NCBI RefSeq assembly: GCF_006345805.1 | Contig: NC_043000.1 | Span: forward strand, 150,970,001-151,034,000 | Reading direction: 5' to 3' | Origin: Octopus sinensis | Lineage: Eukaryota | Length of the DNA stretch: 64,000 nt | Part shown: in pieces, positions 11,986 to 26,759 of the stretch | Numbering within the stretch: the first letter of the stretch is position 1 | Layout: every line of letters starts with the position of its first letter | The notes under the pieces: generated by a model | Databases searched by the model: none | What the model saw: the letters and a program-made list of their open reading frames with translations, nothing else | What the model was told of the DNA's origin: nothing | Made by a program: the position numbers and the translations under genes

Positions 11986-12619
11986 AAAAAATGTTTTTTT
12001 CTACACGAGTCCTTTGCGAATCTAAAACGTCTGATGATAGTACCGTTTGAATTTCTTTCAATTGTTGACTCAGAATTGTGGGGTTATTCATAATGTTGAA
12101 CTCATGATCCTTGACAGAGGGACTTAAATTTCAAGTTCAGTAATTTCTGCTGTTCTAATTTCTGCTGTTCTAACAAACACACAGGCACATGCGCTCATAT
12201 ATCGACACCATCAACAAACATAAACTCCCTCAAATGCAACTGCGACGAGAACAGAGATCATACTGATTTATACATCATCATCGGAACACACACCATATGC
12301 AAAAATACATTGTCCCCATTATAACAAGATGCCTCGCCTTGATTCAATGTTTATAGCGAGCAATAACGTCATAAATTAAATTATAAACTGGTATGACATT
12401 CAACATAAAGAGACATTAGACATTTTGAGAACAAGGGAACACATACGCGCTCACACACGCGCACACACATACATACACACAATAAACACGCACTACACCA
12501 CAAATGTTTGGCGGTTGTGGTGACGATGTGTGTGTGTGTGTTCATTGCATAGGTAAATAGTCCCTGTATATGTAAGTGTGCAAGAGCTTACAGATACAGG
12601 GTATGTATATATGTATCTT

Positions 12620-14095
12620 CTATTTTTTAATTATCATAAATCTTTCACTGAGCAGGGAGCCGGTTTCCAACAAAGATACAAGGCTCCATCTTTGGGATGT
12701 AGTTAACACAGACGAATTCACATTTGGAACTTGAGAAATGTCTTGCATATTTTTACAGTTCCACTCACAGATTGCACTTGTAATGTACGAATTAGCCGGT
12801 CGAGTTCTCTTTCTGAAAATCCCAGTTTATCCAGATTCTCCTTTAAGCATTTACTAACAAAACCTAGTGCTCCGATTATTAGTGATATGAATATGAATTC
12901 ATAGTCTGGATATAGAAGCTGGAGGTTTCGAAGCAGTTGTCCATAGATATCCTCTTTGATTTTGATTTTGAATGCAATATTTATATCTGCAGGGTAGCTG
13001 ACCTCTATGATGGTATATACATTTGCCCCTGTGTCCCAAACAACAATATCCGGCCTGTTATGTTTATATTTGACAGAAGTTTTGATGGGAATATTCCATC
13101 AGTATTCCTTGAGTTGGTGTTTATGAATGTATTCCATAACAGAGGGATTTTCTAAGTTTATTTCAGGACAGTCTTTTTTGTGAATAGCATTGAATTTGTT
13201 TTAGTAACAACATTATACTGCATAGGTAGGTAGTACCGTCACGACATCTTAGGACAGCTGCTAATCACATGCGTGATGTCTTTCACAGAAACATGACATA
13301 GCCTACACATGTGATTGCACCTTGGAATTACAAGAGTGTCACTGTCTCTCTCGTTCACTAGGTACTTTGTGGCAATCTCTTGTTCCTGAATTACAAACGC
13401 ATAGCCTTCAAAGTGTAATGTGATGTAGTGGTCTTATGTCTAAGAGAGGCTGCGCTTCGTGTTAATTCTACCGTCTTCTTGAAGCTTCTGGGCAACATAC
13501 CCATGCACAGTGTTTTTTTTTCTTGTGTGCTGAGTGCTTTCCATCCAGGTCTTCTCTGATGTAAGAAAGCCCAGCTAGTTTGGGGATATACAGGAGATCA
13601 TCAGGAAGGGAATGCTTCTTGAGGAGCTCACTGCCAACTCGTTCAATGTTGCTCACTTCACTTTTCAGCACTGCATCAATATATTTATTTTTGCTGCTGT
13701 TGTTTAGCAGATGATGCCTGAGTGATACCATACGGCTTTCAAAGGTCGTCCGCACTGATCTCAGGCCTCTAGGACCTTCATTTCTTCTTAGGTAGAGCCT
13801 GTCAACATCACTGCTTCTGTGGAAGTTCCTAGTTGATATCAGGATTTTGCGGGTTTTGATATCTATGGTGTGGATTTCCTCTACAGACCAATCAAGTATC
13901 CCAAATGTTAGGATCAGCACTGGTACTGCAAATGCATTGTGGGATTGTTTAATTGTAAGAGGAGAGTTCCGACTGCCATATTTTCCTAAGTCTGGTGTAA
14001 TATTCTCGGGTCACTCTATCTTTATTCACAGTGTCTTCATATGATAGATTTTCATCTCTGCCCAAGTACTTGTAACATTCTTTGTTTAGTATGTA
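12620..14095 (-). mobile_element. R4/Dong-clade non-LTR retrotransposon, 5'-truncated and disrupted
   Basis: CYKYLG, LTFGILDWSVEEIHTIDIKTRKIL...SDVDRLYLRRNEGPRGL, CCHC knuckle CRLCHVSVKDITHVISSC, and restriction-like endonuclease end IIGALGFV...TVKICKTFLKF*. Confidence 0.8.
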
Positions 14096-14109
14096 TGTAT
14101 GTATGTATA

Positions 14110-14500
14110 CACTTTTACATGTTTCAGTCATTTGACTGCGGCCATGCTGGAGCACCGCCTTTTTTAATCGAGCAACTCGACCCCGGGACTTATTCTTTGT
14201 AAGCCCAGTACTTATTCTATCGGTCTCTTTTGCCGAACCGCTAAGTGACGGGGACGTAAACACACCAGAATCCGTTGTCAAGCAATGCTAGGGGTACAAA
14301 CACAGACACACAAACACATACATATACATATATATACATATATACGACAGGCTTCTTTCAGTTTCCGTCTACCAAATCCACTCACAAGGCATTGGTCGGC
14401 CCGGGGCTATAGCAGAAGACACTTGCCCAAGATGCCACGCAGTGGGACTGAACCGGGAACCATGTGGTTGGTTAGCAAGCTACTTACCACACAGCCATGT
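14110..14500 (-). mobile_element. SINE family B copy
   Basis: Reverse complement of 4216-4630. Confidence 0.88.
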
Positions 14501-15223
14501 ATGTATGTATGTATGTATGTATGTATGTATGTATGTATGTATGTATGTATGTATGTATGTATGCATGTTTGTGTGTTCATATGTATATGTATATATATGT
14601 GTGTGTGTGTGTGTATACATACACACACATATCAAACGTGCACGATCACATGCATGTATAAGCAATCTCAGATATGTACTCGCACCCTCCATCACCACAT
14701 ACATACATACACTCACGTACACACGTACACACACATGTACACACACACATGTACACACACACATGTACACACACACATGTACACACACACATGTACACAC
14801 ACACATGTACACACACATGTACACACACACATGTACACACACATGTACACACACACATGTACACACACACATGTACACACACATGTACACACACACATGT
14901 ACACACACACATGTACACACACACATGTACACACACATGTACACACACACACATGTACACACACACATGTACACACACATGTACACACACATGTACACAC
15001 ACACATGTACACACACATGTTCACACACATGTACACACACATGTACAAACACACATGTACACACACACATGTACACACACACATGTACACACACACATGT
15101 GCACACATACATGTACACACACACATGTACACACACATGTACACACACACATGTACACACACACATGTACACACACACATGTACACACACACACTGTACA
15201 CACACACATGTACACACATACAT

Positions 15224-15269
<46 letters not shown>

Positions 15270-15270
15270 A
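14500..15270. repeat. (TATG)n then ~550 bp of (CATGTACACACA)-type CA-derived minisatellite
   Basis: Seen directly; source of the HT/VC-rich ORFs in all six frames. Confidence 0.95.
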
Positions 15271-15697
15271 AATTTATTTGACACATATGTTTACATCAAT
15301 ATATATGTATATGTCTAGTATAGCGAAGAGTAATTTATTTTTATTCCGTTTCGGATATAATTATTAATAAAAACACCGAATCCTTTTGACTCTACCATCT
15401 GGAGTTTTTAAAAGAGGCTTTTGTCCCGAAACATAAGCAGCAACGCATTTTACGGAACGGACAATGGAAAAAGCTAGAAACCTCAGTAGTAGGTGTTGAC
15501 CTTTAGTAATAGATATGTCACGTAATAAGGATAAAAAGAGAATAAAAAAAGAACATTTTAGTGATCTATTATCATATATGATCTGCAAATGGATGGGCTT
15601 AAAACATCGACGTTGATGAAATGAAACGTTAAACAAACAGAAAAGAAGGAAATAAAGACAAGACGAATGAGACGTGAAATATATATATATATACATG

Positions 15698-15756
<59 letters not shown>

Positions 15757-15854
15757 GTGCACACACCTGCTAGTGAACCGAGCTATAATGTAAAGAAGTT
15801 GACTTGATGACCACTCATAATTCACCGGCCTAGGCTGATATGACAGCGAAGTAT

Positions 15855-16297
15855 ACGCCACCACCACCACCACCACCACCACCACCACCAGCAGTACCAC
15901 CGCCACCACTACCACTACAACTACTACTACTACTACTACTCCCACCACCACCACCACCACCACCACCACTACTACTACTACTACCACCACCACCACCACC
16001 ACCACCACCAGCAGTACCACCACAACCACCACCACCACCATCACCACCACCAGCAGCAGTACCACCGCCACCACTACCACTACAACTACTACTACTACTA
16101 CTACTCCCACCACCACCACCACCACCACCACCACCACCACCACCACCACCACCACCACTACTACTACTACTACCACCACCACCACCACCACCACCACCAC
16201 CAGCAGTACCACCACAACCACCACCACCACCATCACCACCACCATCACCACCACCACCACCACCAGCAGTACCACCACCACCACCACCACCACCAAC

Positions 16298-16340
<43 letters not shown>
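15855..16340. repeat. (CCA)n/(CTA)n trinucleotide array with internal block duplication
   Basis: The block CAGCAGTACCACCGCCACCACTACCACTACAA(CTA)nCTCCC occurs twice (~15890 and ~16055). Confidence 0.92.
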
Positions 16341-16686
16341 AATCTCGGTTGTGTCGCAAGTAAATTCGGTTGTACACTGACTTAGCTAGAAGCATGCGTA
16401 AAGGCCAAGCTAAAAACATCTCAGGATCGCAACTTTCCGTTTAAATTTTCTTGTTTTTTTTCTTCTTTTTTTCCCCACTTGCTAAAAATATGACTGATTT
16501 CGACAAATTAAAAAAAAAACAGTTGCTCTCTTTCTGCCATGTAGTGTAATAAACATTGATTGGTAAATAAACAATTCCTAGCTTGTAACTATGAAGGATA
16601 CAAACCCCCAGGATTCGAGACTGGGCCGTAGTTGTGTTTTGATAGAAAATTTCTGCTTTTTTTTAGCAGCATATATATTATATATA

Positions 16687-16926
16687 CAGTAATCCCTCGC
16701 CGTATTGCGGTTCACCTATCGTGATTCACTTATCGCGGTTCACCTATCGCGGTTTATTATTTAAGCTTACGACCATTCCTCTGTGGTGTTGTTTTGCATT
16801 TATAAAATAAATAAATATATGCAAATTATAAAAATATTAAAAAATACAGTACAGTACTGTTTCTACTTCGCGGATTTTCACGGTGTGTTTTGGAACGTAA
16901 CGCCCGCGATAGTCGAGAGATTACTG
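16687..16926. mobile_element. Tigger/pogo-type (Tc1/mariner) MITE
   Basis: TA|CAGTAATCCCTCG ... CGAGAGATTACTG|TA terminal inverted repeats with TA TSD; subterminal TATCGCGGTTCACC-type repeats. Confidence 0.8.
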
Positions 16927-17057
16927 TACTCACATATGCTCCAACATACATATGATATATACTCACATATCTTTCTGTTCGCCTGTATGTATACGTGTAT
17001 GATGTACACATGTAAATATATCACACCAAAACACAATTAAATGTTTAATACATATAA

Positions 17058-17288
17058 TTTCTTTATTACCCACAAGGGGCTAAACAGAGGAGACAAACAA
17101 GGACAGACAAACGAATTAAGTCGATTGCATCGACCCCAGTGCGTAACTGGTACTTAATTTTATCGACTCCGAAAGAATGAAAGGCAAAGTCGACCTCAGC
17201 GGAATTTGAACTCAGAACTTAACGGCAGACGAAATACGGCTACGCATTTCGCCCAGCGTGCTAACGGTTCTGGCTGCTTGCCGCCTTC
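17058..17288 (-). mobile_element. SINE family A copy
   Basis: Reverse complement of the family A head and body plus the CCCCTTGTGGGTAATAAAGAAA tail. Confidence 0.85.
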
Positions 17289-17659
17289 CACATTCAAACA
17301 CAATTATATTCAACCTTTGTTTCAGGAATTGGCTACAGAGAAGTGCTAGGTTCTTAGCGAGCAGGGCCCGGAATGAGGTTCGATTTGCTGTTGTGCATTC
17401 GCGTTGTTTTGCATTATTATTAAGTTTGATCTATGGATGAGGCATTTAGACCGTTGGAATATAACATGTGCTTATTGCATTCAACTTTTTATATATAATT
17501 TGCACATTTTGTCGCATGCAAAATGTGCAGATTAAACAGTTAAAGCCCCCAAACTCTGAAGAATGCCAAATGAAAATAAAAAAAGTCCATCTGTTCAAAA
17601 TATTACCATCGAAAGATATTTTAAGTGCTGAAAGTCGTTCCATTATTAGAGTTCACAAA

Positions 17660-18505
17660 AGAGCAGCGAACTGGCAGAATCGTTAGCACGTCGGGAAAAA
17701 TGCTTAGCGGTATTTTGTCTGTCTTCATGTTCTGAGTTCAAATTCCGCCGCGGTCGACTTTGCCTTTCATCCTTTCTACGTCGATTAAATAAGTACCAGT
17801 TACGCACTGGGGTCGATGTAATCGACTTAATCCCCTTCCCCGAATTTGAGGTCATGTGCTTCCAGTAGAAAGGATTATGAGAGTTCACGAAGGCGGCGAG
17901 CTGGTAGAAACGTTAGCGCGTCGGGCGAAATGCTAAGCGGTATTTCGTCTGCCGCTACGCTCTGAGTTCAAATTCCGTCGAGGTCGACTTTGCCTTTCAT
18001 CCTTTCGGGGTCGATTAAATAAGTACAAGTTACGCACCGGGGTCGGTATTATCGACTTAATCCTTTTTTTCTGTCCTTGCTTGTCCTCTCTGTGTTTAGC
18101 CCCTTGTGGGTAGTAAAGAAATAGGTATTTCGTCTGTCTTTACGTTATGAGTTCAAATACCTCCGCGGTCCACTTTGCCGATCGTCCTTTCAGGGCCGAT
18201 AAATTAAGTACCAGTTACGCACTGGGGTCGATATAATCGACTTAATCCCTTTGTCTGTCCTTGTTTGTCCTCTCTATGTTTAACCTCTTGTGGGCAATAA
18301 AGAAATAAGAATCGTTAACACGCCGAGCGAAATGCATAGCGGCATTTAACCCGTCGCTACGCTCTGAGTTCAAATTTCGCCGAGGTCGACTTTGCCTTTC
18401 ATCTTTTCGTGGTCGATGAAATAAGCACCAGTTGAGCATTGGGTCAATGTAATCGACTGCACTCATTTCCAGAAAATCCAGGCCTTGTTCCTATAACAAA
18501 TGATT
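17660..18505 (+). mobile_element. SINE family A chain (one monomer plus a three-unit concatemer)
   Basis: Heads at ~17660 and ~17890, internal re-entries at ~18124 and ~18310; ATTAT(T/G)AGAGTTCAC at 17642, 17874 and 18503. Confidence 0.85.
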
Positions 18506-18683
18506 ATTAGAGTTCACACTCAGTTATGAATTCTCTATTATCGATGTGATGTCCACAACGCTGCATAACTGCATCACAGAAACTGGAGCGGCTCTTAAGT
18601 AGTGTATGCAAATAATTCAGCTTTATTCAGGTTCTAACTTTCTACAAAGCACATATGTAAGAAAGCTTTCTACAAAGCTCATA

Positions 18684-18756
18684 TGTAAGAAAGCCACAAC
18701 ACTATGTTAGTCGTCTTTAGATAGCATCTTTTATCTATCAATCAATCAATCAATCA

Positions 18757-18816
<60 letters not shown>

Positions 18817-18837
18817 CTCTCTCTCTTCTCTCTCTCT

Positions 18838-18896
<59 letters not shown>

Positions 18897-19156
18897 CAGA
18901 CACGCGTATGTATACGCCGGCATCCTGTCTGTTCTCCCACGTGGAGTTCGTAAGGAAAGAATTGTTGTCATTGACTATTTAAGTATTTATGTGACCTGAA
19001 CTAACCTAAAAGCCATTTTAAAAATGTCATTTCAATTGTCTCCATTCTGCCTCTGCACATCTTCAGATTTGGCTGTTTTATCCAGCCATGAAACTTAAAG
19101 TACTGTGGCTGTGTATCAGTCTGTTCTTAAATACTCACAACACAAACTAAATGTGC
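18684..19156 (+). repeat. Locally duplicated microsatellite-cored unit, copy 1 (empty)
   Basis: Left flank TGTAAGAAAGCCACAACACTATGTTAGTC... and the right ~260 bp match 26507-26570 and 27757-28015. Confidence 0.85.
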
Positions 19157-20617
19157 AAATAATTCAGCTTTATTCAGGTTCTAACTTTCTACAAAGCTCG
19201 TATGAGATTCACAATGAATATTGCCTCTACGCCTAGGACGAAGTTACTGTTGTTGTTCTCCCAGGTATTCTTAACCACATCCAAAACACCAATAAACTTA
19301 AAGGTCACTGATTAGTATGGAGTAATTCACTAACACATCCTTGCCTCTGGTTAAGAGATATATTGGCTCCCTTTTTTTAATATTGCTACAATAGCGACCT
19401 CGGTTCCTCAGAACTGGTGAATCCCGAAATTCACTGAAAGACTATGAAACTGAATATGATGAATTCCTGAATCCTGAAACTTTAAATTGAAATTCACTTA
19501 AAAATGGTCATGTGCACTAATAAATAAGTAGATAGTTTTTCTGCCCTCGGCATGATTTGTAAAGGTGTGAAGCCAAGAAACTGTTTAATATGAAAACTAA
19601 CTTATTAAGATTTTTAGTGTTGTTGATTCAATTTTACTTCATATTTTACCTTTATATTTTAAAAACTAGAACGAAATAAATAAACAGCACATCGCTGTTT
19701 TGATTTTTCGAATCATATAAAGTTCTTTTGTTGATAACATTATTTTCAATTTCGCTTCTAAAAAAAAAAAATTAATAACAAATAAATAAATAAAAATCAC
19801 ATGAAGTAAAAATAAAAAGAATAGTTAGATAAAAAAGAAATGTATAAACTAGAATAAAACATAAGTAAAAGTCGAAAATAAAAGAAGTGAAGGTGCTATT
19901 AATCACACACACACACACTAATGATAATAAAAATAATAATTTTACTTTTTATTAGGTACAGTACAAAGAGAAAAAAGAAGAAATGAAAAAACAAATTACG
20001 TGAAAATTGTCACGCTGCACACGCCATTATTTCCCGTTCTCCTACGCCTCACCAAAGCAAAGATCAGACGTTCTCTTACGACTCTAGTAAAGTTAGAGAT
20101 CAGTCTTTCCATTGTAACATTGTTTCCATCTAAGTGTCGTCATGCCTGTGCGTGATTACTGCTTCCAACAGCAGACCTGCGGAAATTCAAGGAAAACAAA
20201 TATCAGTGGAAGGGGAAACTGACAAAACTTAATTTCCCAGCAATAATGTTATAAGCTACGTGTGTGTATGTGTGTGTTTTAATAAACATGTCCGTTTCTG
20301 GGCGTAGCTTCCTATCATTCCTGTCACGGAGACGGCCTCAAGAAAAAGACAGGCGTGGTTTTTCCCCGCCGGTCTAAAATAAAGACTTTTCTGTATAATG
20401 GCGAATTAAAGTTGGGGTGTTCATGGCATTTTTCAATGATATCACTGACACCATTGAAGTAAAAATTCCGCACGATCACCAAAATTGCATCGCTGATGGC
20501 TGGTCGATATCTTATTTTAACTCATTAATCTATTTGTATTAAACAAGATATAGTTCAGCAGTATAGCTGCTGTTCTTGTGTTGTAGCCCCATTTTAGCAC
20601 CAGTATAGAAGACATAT

Positions 20618-21132
20618 GTGGAGGCGCGTGGCTTAGTGGTTAGGGTGTTGAACTCCTGATCGCAAGGTTGTGGTTTCGATTCCTAGACCGAACAATGCCT
20701 TGTGTTCTTGAACAAAACACTTCATTTCACGTTGCTCCAGTCCACTCAGCTGGCAAAAATGAGTAACGCTGCGATGGACTGGCGTCCCGTCCAAGTGGGG
20801 AATTTCTACGCCACTGAAACCGGGAAACCGGCCCTTAAGTGCCTGGCATGGCTCGAGATGGAACATTTAAGTGGAGGCGCGTGGCTTAGTGGTTAGGGTG
20901 TCAGCATCATGATCGTAAGATTGTGGTTTCGATTCCTGGACCGGGCGACGCGTTGTGTTTTTGAGGAAAACACTTCATTTCATGTTGCTCCAGTCCACTC
21001 AGCTGGCAAAAATGAGTAACGCTGCGATGGACTGGCGTCCCGTCCAGCTGGGAAACACATACGCCATAGAAACCAGGAAACCGGGCCCATGAGCTTGGCT
21101 AGGTTTTAAAAAGGCGCATTTATTTTTATTAT
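20618..21132 (+). mobile_element. SINE family C dimer
   Basis: Two heads (20618, 20871); 14-bp TSD TATAGAAGACATAT at 20604-20617 and 21133-21146. Confidence 0.88.
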
Positions 21133-21757
21133 TATAGAAGACATATAGGACGGAGGAAAACGGATGAACAAATGGATGGAAATATACAGAGCCATTGTTC
21201 TAGTTAAGCCATTCATTTAATTAACGACAGACTGGCAGTTGGCAGAATTCGTAGAACACAGAACAAAAAGCCTACATCATTTAGTTACGTCACTTAATGC
21301 TGTAGGTTCAAATCTTGCTCGAGTCGATTGTGCTTTTCTTCCTTCTAGGGTCAATGAAATACATACCAGTTACATAGGCATAGCCAGGATTTCGACCGAA
21401 GAGTTCTCAATTGTTATCGTGGATTCTCCATTAGCCCGTTAATCTACGAGAAATGCAAAATTAAGATACACGTTAATTTTATCTATTACTTGCTTCAGTC
21501 ATGAAGAATTTTTAGTCGAATGAATCGAACTCACAACTTATTTCTTTAAAGCCTAATACTTATCCTATCGGTCTCTTTTGCCGAACTGCTAAGTTATAGG
21601 GATGTAAACAAACCGACACTGGTTGTCAGGCGGTGGTGGTGGGGGGGCAAAGACACTTTATATTTACTTGCATCTACACTCACTCACTCTTTCTTACACA
21701 CACACACACACATTCATTTATGAGTATATGTATGAGTATACATATAATATATATATA

Positions 21758-21820
<63 letters not shown>

Positions 21821-21907
21821 CACATATATATACATACATACATATATATATATACACACACACAGAGACAAACACACACACACACAAACACAAACACACA
21901 CACACAC

Positions 21908-21942
<35 letters not shown>

Positions 21943-21946
<4 letters not shown>

Positions 21947-22294
21947 TTATGCGAGGTAATGATGTCAGTAAGACCCAAAGGTGTCAGGTAATGCTGATTA
22001 AGTGCTATGGATATACTATATTTAAGCTCCAGGTTCGGTGATTATGCGAATGAGTAGTCCAACGTAAGTCCTATATCAGTATGTGTATGTATAAAAGAAT
22101 TTTCAGAAAGCGATTAAAATTCAAGGCTGTGAAAGATTTTAGAACATTTATAAATAGAAGGCTTTACAGCTGTTTCTGGGATATTTTATATATTCCTTCA
22201 TCGGAGACGGTCTGCGAAAACGGTTAAGCAATAGTTATTTTAGTTATTTTAACTATTGCTTAACCATTTTCTCACACCGTCTCTGATGAAGGGA
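21943..22294 (-). mobile_element. (TA)n-anchored hammerhead element with 5' fold-back
   Basis: Hammerhead at 22161-22208 (minus: GTCT-CCGATGA-...-GAAA-CAGCTG-TA-AAGC); 22193-22236 is inverted at 22251-22294, where the core reads CTGATGA; same family as 61590-61644. Confidence 0.7.
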
Positions 22295-22346
22295 CATACA
22301 TACATGCATACATACATACATACATACATACATACATACATACATG

Positions 22347-22429
<83 letters not shown>

Positions 22430-23149
22430 TTACACTCTCGCACACTCATGCACATACACGCACACATACTGAGCGTATGCGCAGTCTACCTCAGCCAAAT
22501 CGTACTCAGGGCATATTGCCCCGCAAGAATCTACCGCAGAAGACAGTTGCTCGCGGTGCCGCGCAGTTGGATCGAACAAAGAACCATGTGATTGCTTAAA
22601 CGAATTTCTTTACCATACAATCATATCTGCGTACAGGGGGGATGCTACAAGTCTTCTATCCCTCCCCCCACCTTCCTATCTTATGTTTAGGGGTTTTAAG
22701 ACAGAGTTGAACACAATTGCGTTATTTCTCCATAATTAACTAAGCTTAGCAGATTACTTTCGTTTTTACTTTCCGTTTTGCTGTAGGAACATACAGTTCG
22801 TTTTAGAATACTGGATTAGTTCTTGAAAGCTCCAACAAGTTTTCCTACAAAATCAGATTGTAATCATGATGCAATTTTCTCACCAATTACAGCGAGTCAA
22901 ATTCCAGCAGTGCAAATATATAAGAAAACGTAATAAGTACAATCATTTACGTCAAACATGTTGTTAAGTTCAAGTTTATTCTTATTCTTCAAGTCTCCTA
23001 AATATATTTTTTTTTTCATTTGCTTACTATACATGTTTAGGTGAACAATTTAACGTGATTAAATGTACGTTAAAAAGAAGCAAAATATGTTTCCCCAAAA
23101 AATTACTATTTACTGCACTATGAAGTGAGATAAATATCCCTTTTTTTAA

Positions 23150-23182
23150 TATACAAATATGTGAGCGCGTATATGCTCGCAC

Positions 23183-23223
<41 letters not shown>

Positions 23224-23395
23224 ACACACACACCACACACACACACACACACAAAAACACACGTGTATATATGTGTGTGTACGTGTGTATGTATGTAGGT
23301 GTATACATACAAATGCATGCATATATATCTGTGTACTTGAATGTATGTATGTGTGTGGTATATATATATACACACATATATATATATATATATTA

Positions 23396-23488
<93 letters not shown>

Positions 23489-23494
23489 ACATAT

Positions 23495-23539
<45 letters not shown>

Positions 23540-23585
23540 ACATATATTATATATATATATATATATACTCATATACATATGTGTG

Positions 23586-23616
<31 letters not shown>

Positions 23617-23980
23617 GTATATATTCTCACGCATACACACACACACACACTCATGCATTTATATCCATACACACAGGCATATATATACATGTATGCATGT
23701 ATTTATGCATGTATGTCACTGTTCAGTTTTATTTCAAGATTTCTTACCAATAGAGAAAGAGCCGGTTTCTAACCTAGATCCAAGGATCCTTCATTGGAAT
23801 TTCAACATCAATAACATGGTATTTTTGTTTCTATATATGTTTGTATGTATGTATGTATGTATGTATGTATGTATGTATGTATGTATGTATGTATGTATGT
23901 ATGTATGTATGTATGTATGTATGTATGTATGTATGTATGTATGTATGTATGTATGTATGTATGTATGTATGTATGTATGT
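23150..23980. repeat. Compound (CA)n/(TA)n/(TATG)n microsatellite
   Basis: Seen directly; source of the YI/VC/MYVC ORFs. Confidence 0.95.
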
Positions 23981-25180
23981 TCTATGTATGTATTCTCATA
24001 CATAGAGTTGCATATCTAGACATGCTCATATATATTTAAATGTTAAATTTCTGGAAAGTTTTACTGATTTTTACAGTTCCAGTGGTGGATTGGATCTGTA
24101 GCCTTGGAATTAGCTTTCTCCTTTCTCGTTTTGAGAAGCTTAATTTCTCAAGATTGGTATTTAGGTAGTGTGTTACATATCCCACGCCTCAATAATTACG
24201 GGTATAAATCTGAACTTGTGATCTGGATAGAGTAACAGTAGATTTCTCAATAGTTCAGCATAGATGTTCTCTTTTTCACTGATCCTCAGCTTTATGTTAA
24301 CATTTGCTGGGCAGCTAATCTCCACGGCTGTGCACAGTTTCTTTTCTCTATCTCAAATCATTATATCAGGTCTGTTGTGCTTACATTTTATTGAGGTCTT
24401 CACTGGTACATTCCACCAGTATTCCTTTTCATTATGAGTGGCTATGACTTTTATTTGTGGGATTTTATTTCTTTGTCCTCAGGATTATCCTTCCGACGGA
24501 TTTCATTATAATGTCCTAGTTTCAGCATCATGTCTCATCGGTAGATAACACTGTGATGACATTTTCGGACAAATGCTTATGATGTGGTTGATATCTTCAG
24601 TGTGAACTCCACAAAATCTGCATCAGTTGTCACATTTTACGGCTTTTCCCGGATCTCTATACCTTTTGTGAATCAGGTACTTGGTTGATATTTCCTGTTC
24701 CTGGATTGCAAACGCATACCCTTCAAAAGTTGGAGGTAATAATCCGGCTATTCGTCCATGATAAACTGCTTTGATGATCGATGTTGCTATCATCACGGAG
24801 CTTTCTACTAACATATTCATTCATAGTCTTCTGCTTATATAGGCTCATCCTTTCATCTGATACATTGCGGTAGAGTCGTGCGACTTCTTTAGGCAGGTAT
24901 TCTAAGTTATCAGACAAAGAGTGTTGGTCAAGGAGCTGCCTTCCAAGTCTTATAATTTTATCAGCTTCATGTATGCAGACTTGGTCAAGGGATGCACTTC
25001 GATACTTGGTGGTTAGAAGATGTTACCGAAGGGATATGATGCGACATTCAAAGGCATTTTGGATTGATGTTAAGCCTCTACCGCTTTGTTTTCGTTTCAG
25101 GTAGAAGTGGTTTACATCACTGCTTATGTGGAAAAAGCGGTCTACATCGCTGTTTATATATGTATGACATCTTGATATCC
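23720..25180 (-). mobile_element. R4/Dong-clade non-LTR retrotransposon fragment (same subgroup as 12620-14095)
   Basis: TFEGYAFAIQEQEISTKYL, WWNVPVKTSIKCKHNRPDIMI, IYAELLRNLLLLYPDHKFRFIPVII; the 3' segment GAGCCGGTTTCTAACCTAGATCCAAGG resembles 12657-12690 and is split from the ORF by (TATG)n. Confidence 0.78.
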
Positions 25181-25329
25181 TGTTGCTTATCTTGATTGTA
25201 TTTACCTTACTTTGAGTTTACGGATAATACCGCACTAACTTGGTGCTTCAACTTAAGTACCTAATTCAACTGGATCTCAAGTATATATATATATTATATA
25301 TATATATTATATATATATATATATATTCT

Positions 25330-26280
25330 TTGGTAGGTTTCGGCCAGTATTGGCCCAGGCCATGTCTAACTTAATAGCACCACCTGGTGAAGTCATTCGA
25401 ATCAGGAATCGGACAACATGGCCCACTCAAGGAGAAAGTTATTGTTTACGGAGACGTATCCGGTATGGAAGGTTTATCCGGGATGTTTTGAAGTTTTTTC
25501 CGAAAGACTTCTTGAACTTTATGGGGTCTGTTTCTGCTTTAATGTGCTTTGGTGTAATGTTGAAGAGAGCGGGGCCAGTTGAGGTGAAATAATTGTGCCC
25601 TATTGTTGTTATGTGATGCGTGTATGATTTATGTTGTGGACGGATAGCACAGGACCAAAGACTTGGGTGGATTTTAAAGGCAATGTCAACAACATTTCGG
25701 CAATGCTGATGCAATATTTTTCACATCGTGCAGATGATGTAGCGCTCTTGGTGGCGTGGAGAGAATAAAGCTTGAGCTTTTCTAGTCAAGGCCTGTCATG
25801 CCGTCTATCTTTTTTTGTAATTGACCTTTCATGATGCTTTGTTTCGTGTGGGGAAACCACAGTGGACAACGGTATTCTAGATGGGGTCGGGCAAAAGTGG
25901 AGAAGAGGAGGATAATGGTGTGGATATCTCTCAACTGGAAAGCTCCGAGAATCCAGGAACACCTTCTGCGGGCCGTGACAACTTTGCTGTTTATACGAGC
26001 AGCCCAGCTTATGTTGTTGTCCACAATTACTCCCAAGTCTCTGATGTTGTTGGATGCCATGAGAGTTTCACCTGAAGGAAGGGAGTATGGGAGTTTCAGG
26101 GTATTCTCTTTTCCGAAGTGGATTACCTCAAATTTGTCCTCGTTCAGCAGAATATTATTCTTCTCCGTCCATTGGATGACAGCTAGCAGATCTGACTGAA
26201 GGCATGTCCGGTCACCCCCACTTCATTGATGACCTTCTGGAACTTGGAATCATCTGCAAAGATTCTTATGTTACTGTGCT
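25330..26280 (-). mobile_element. CR1/L2-type LINE 3' fragment
   Basis: RT motif IFADDSK, IRDLGVIVDNNISW, FARPHLEYRCPLWFPH, FTSTGPALFNITP; 3' end GGCCTGGGCC...GGCCGAAACC shared with 59185 and 62180. Confidence 0.82.
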
Positions 26281-26315
26281 TGATGATGTCAGTAATGTCA
26301 CACACACACACACAC

Positions 26316-26351
<36 letters not shown>

Positions 26352-26671
26352 TATATATATCAGCATATAAAGATATATGTGTGTGTATGTATGTGTGTGT
26401 GTATGAATGTATGTATGTATGAATCTGCTCGTTATTAGCAACGGAAGCAATATTAGTACAGAAAAAAAAAACCCACTATGTATAACTTAATCAAGCGTGG
26501 ATATACTGTAAGAAAGCCACAACACTATGTTAGTCATCTTTAGATAGCATCTTTTATCTATCAATCAATCAATCAATCTATCAATCAATCAATCAATCAA
26601 TCTATCTTTCAATCAATCAATCAATCAATCAATCTATCTATCTGTCTATCAATCTATCTGTCTATCAATCA

Positions 26672-26757
<86 letters not shown>

Positions 26758-26759
26758 AT

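Noticed and set aside
15340-15670. Further hammerhead element in a TA-bounded insert
   Set aside because: Motifs (TTGATGAAATGAAACGTTAAAC; AAAGAGGCTTTTGTCCCGAAAC) are too degraded to fold confidently, though it is probably an old member of the same class.
14285-16419. HT-, VC-, poly-V and poly-P ORFs
   Set aside because: All derive from SINE B plus microsatellites; open in several frames on both strands.
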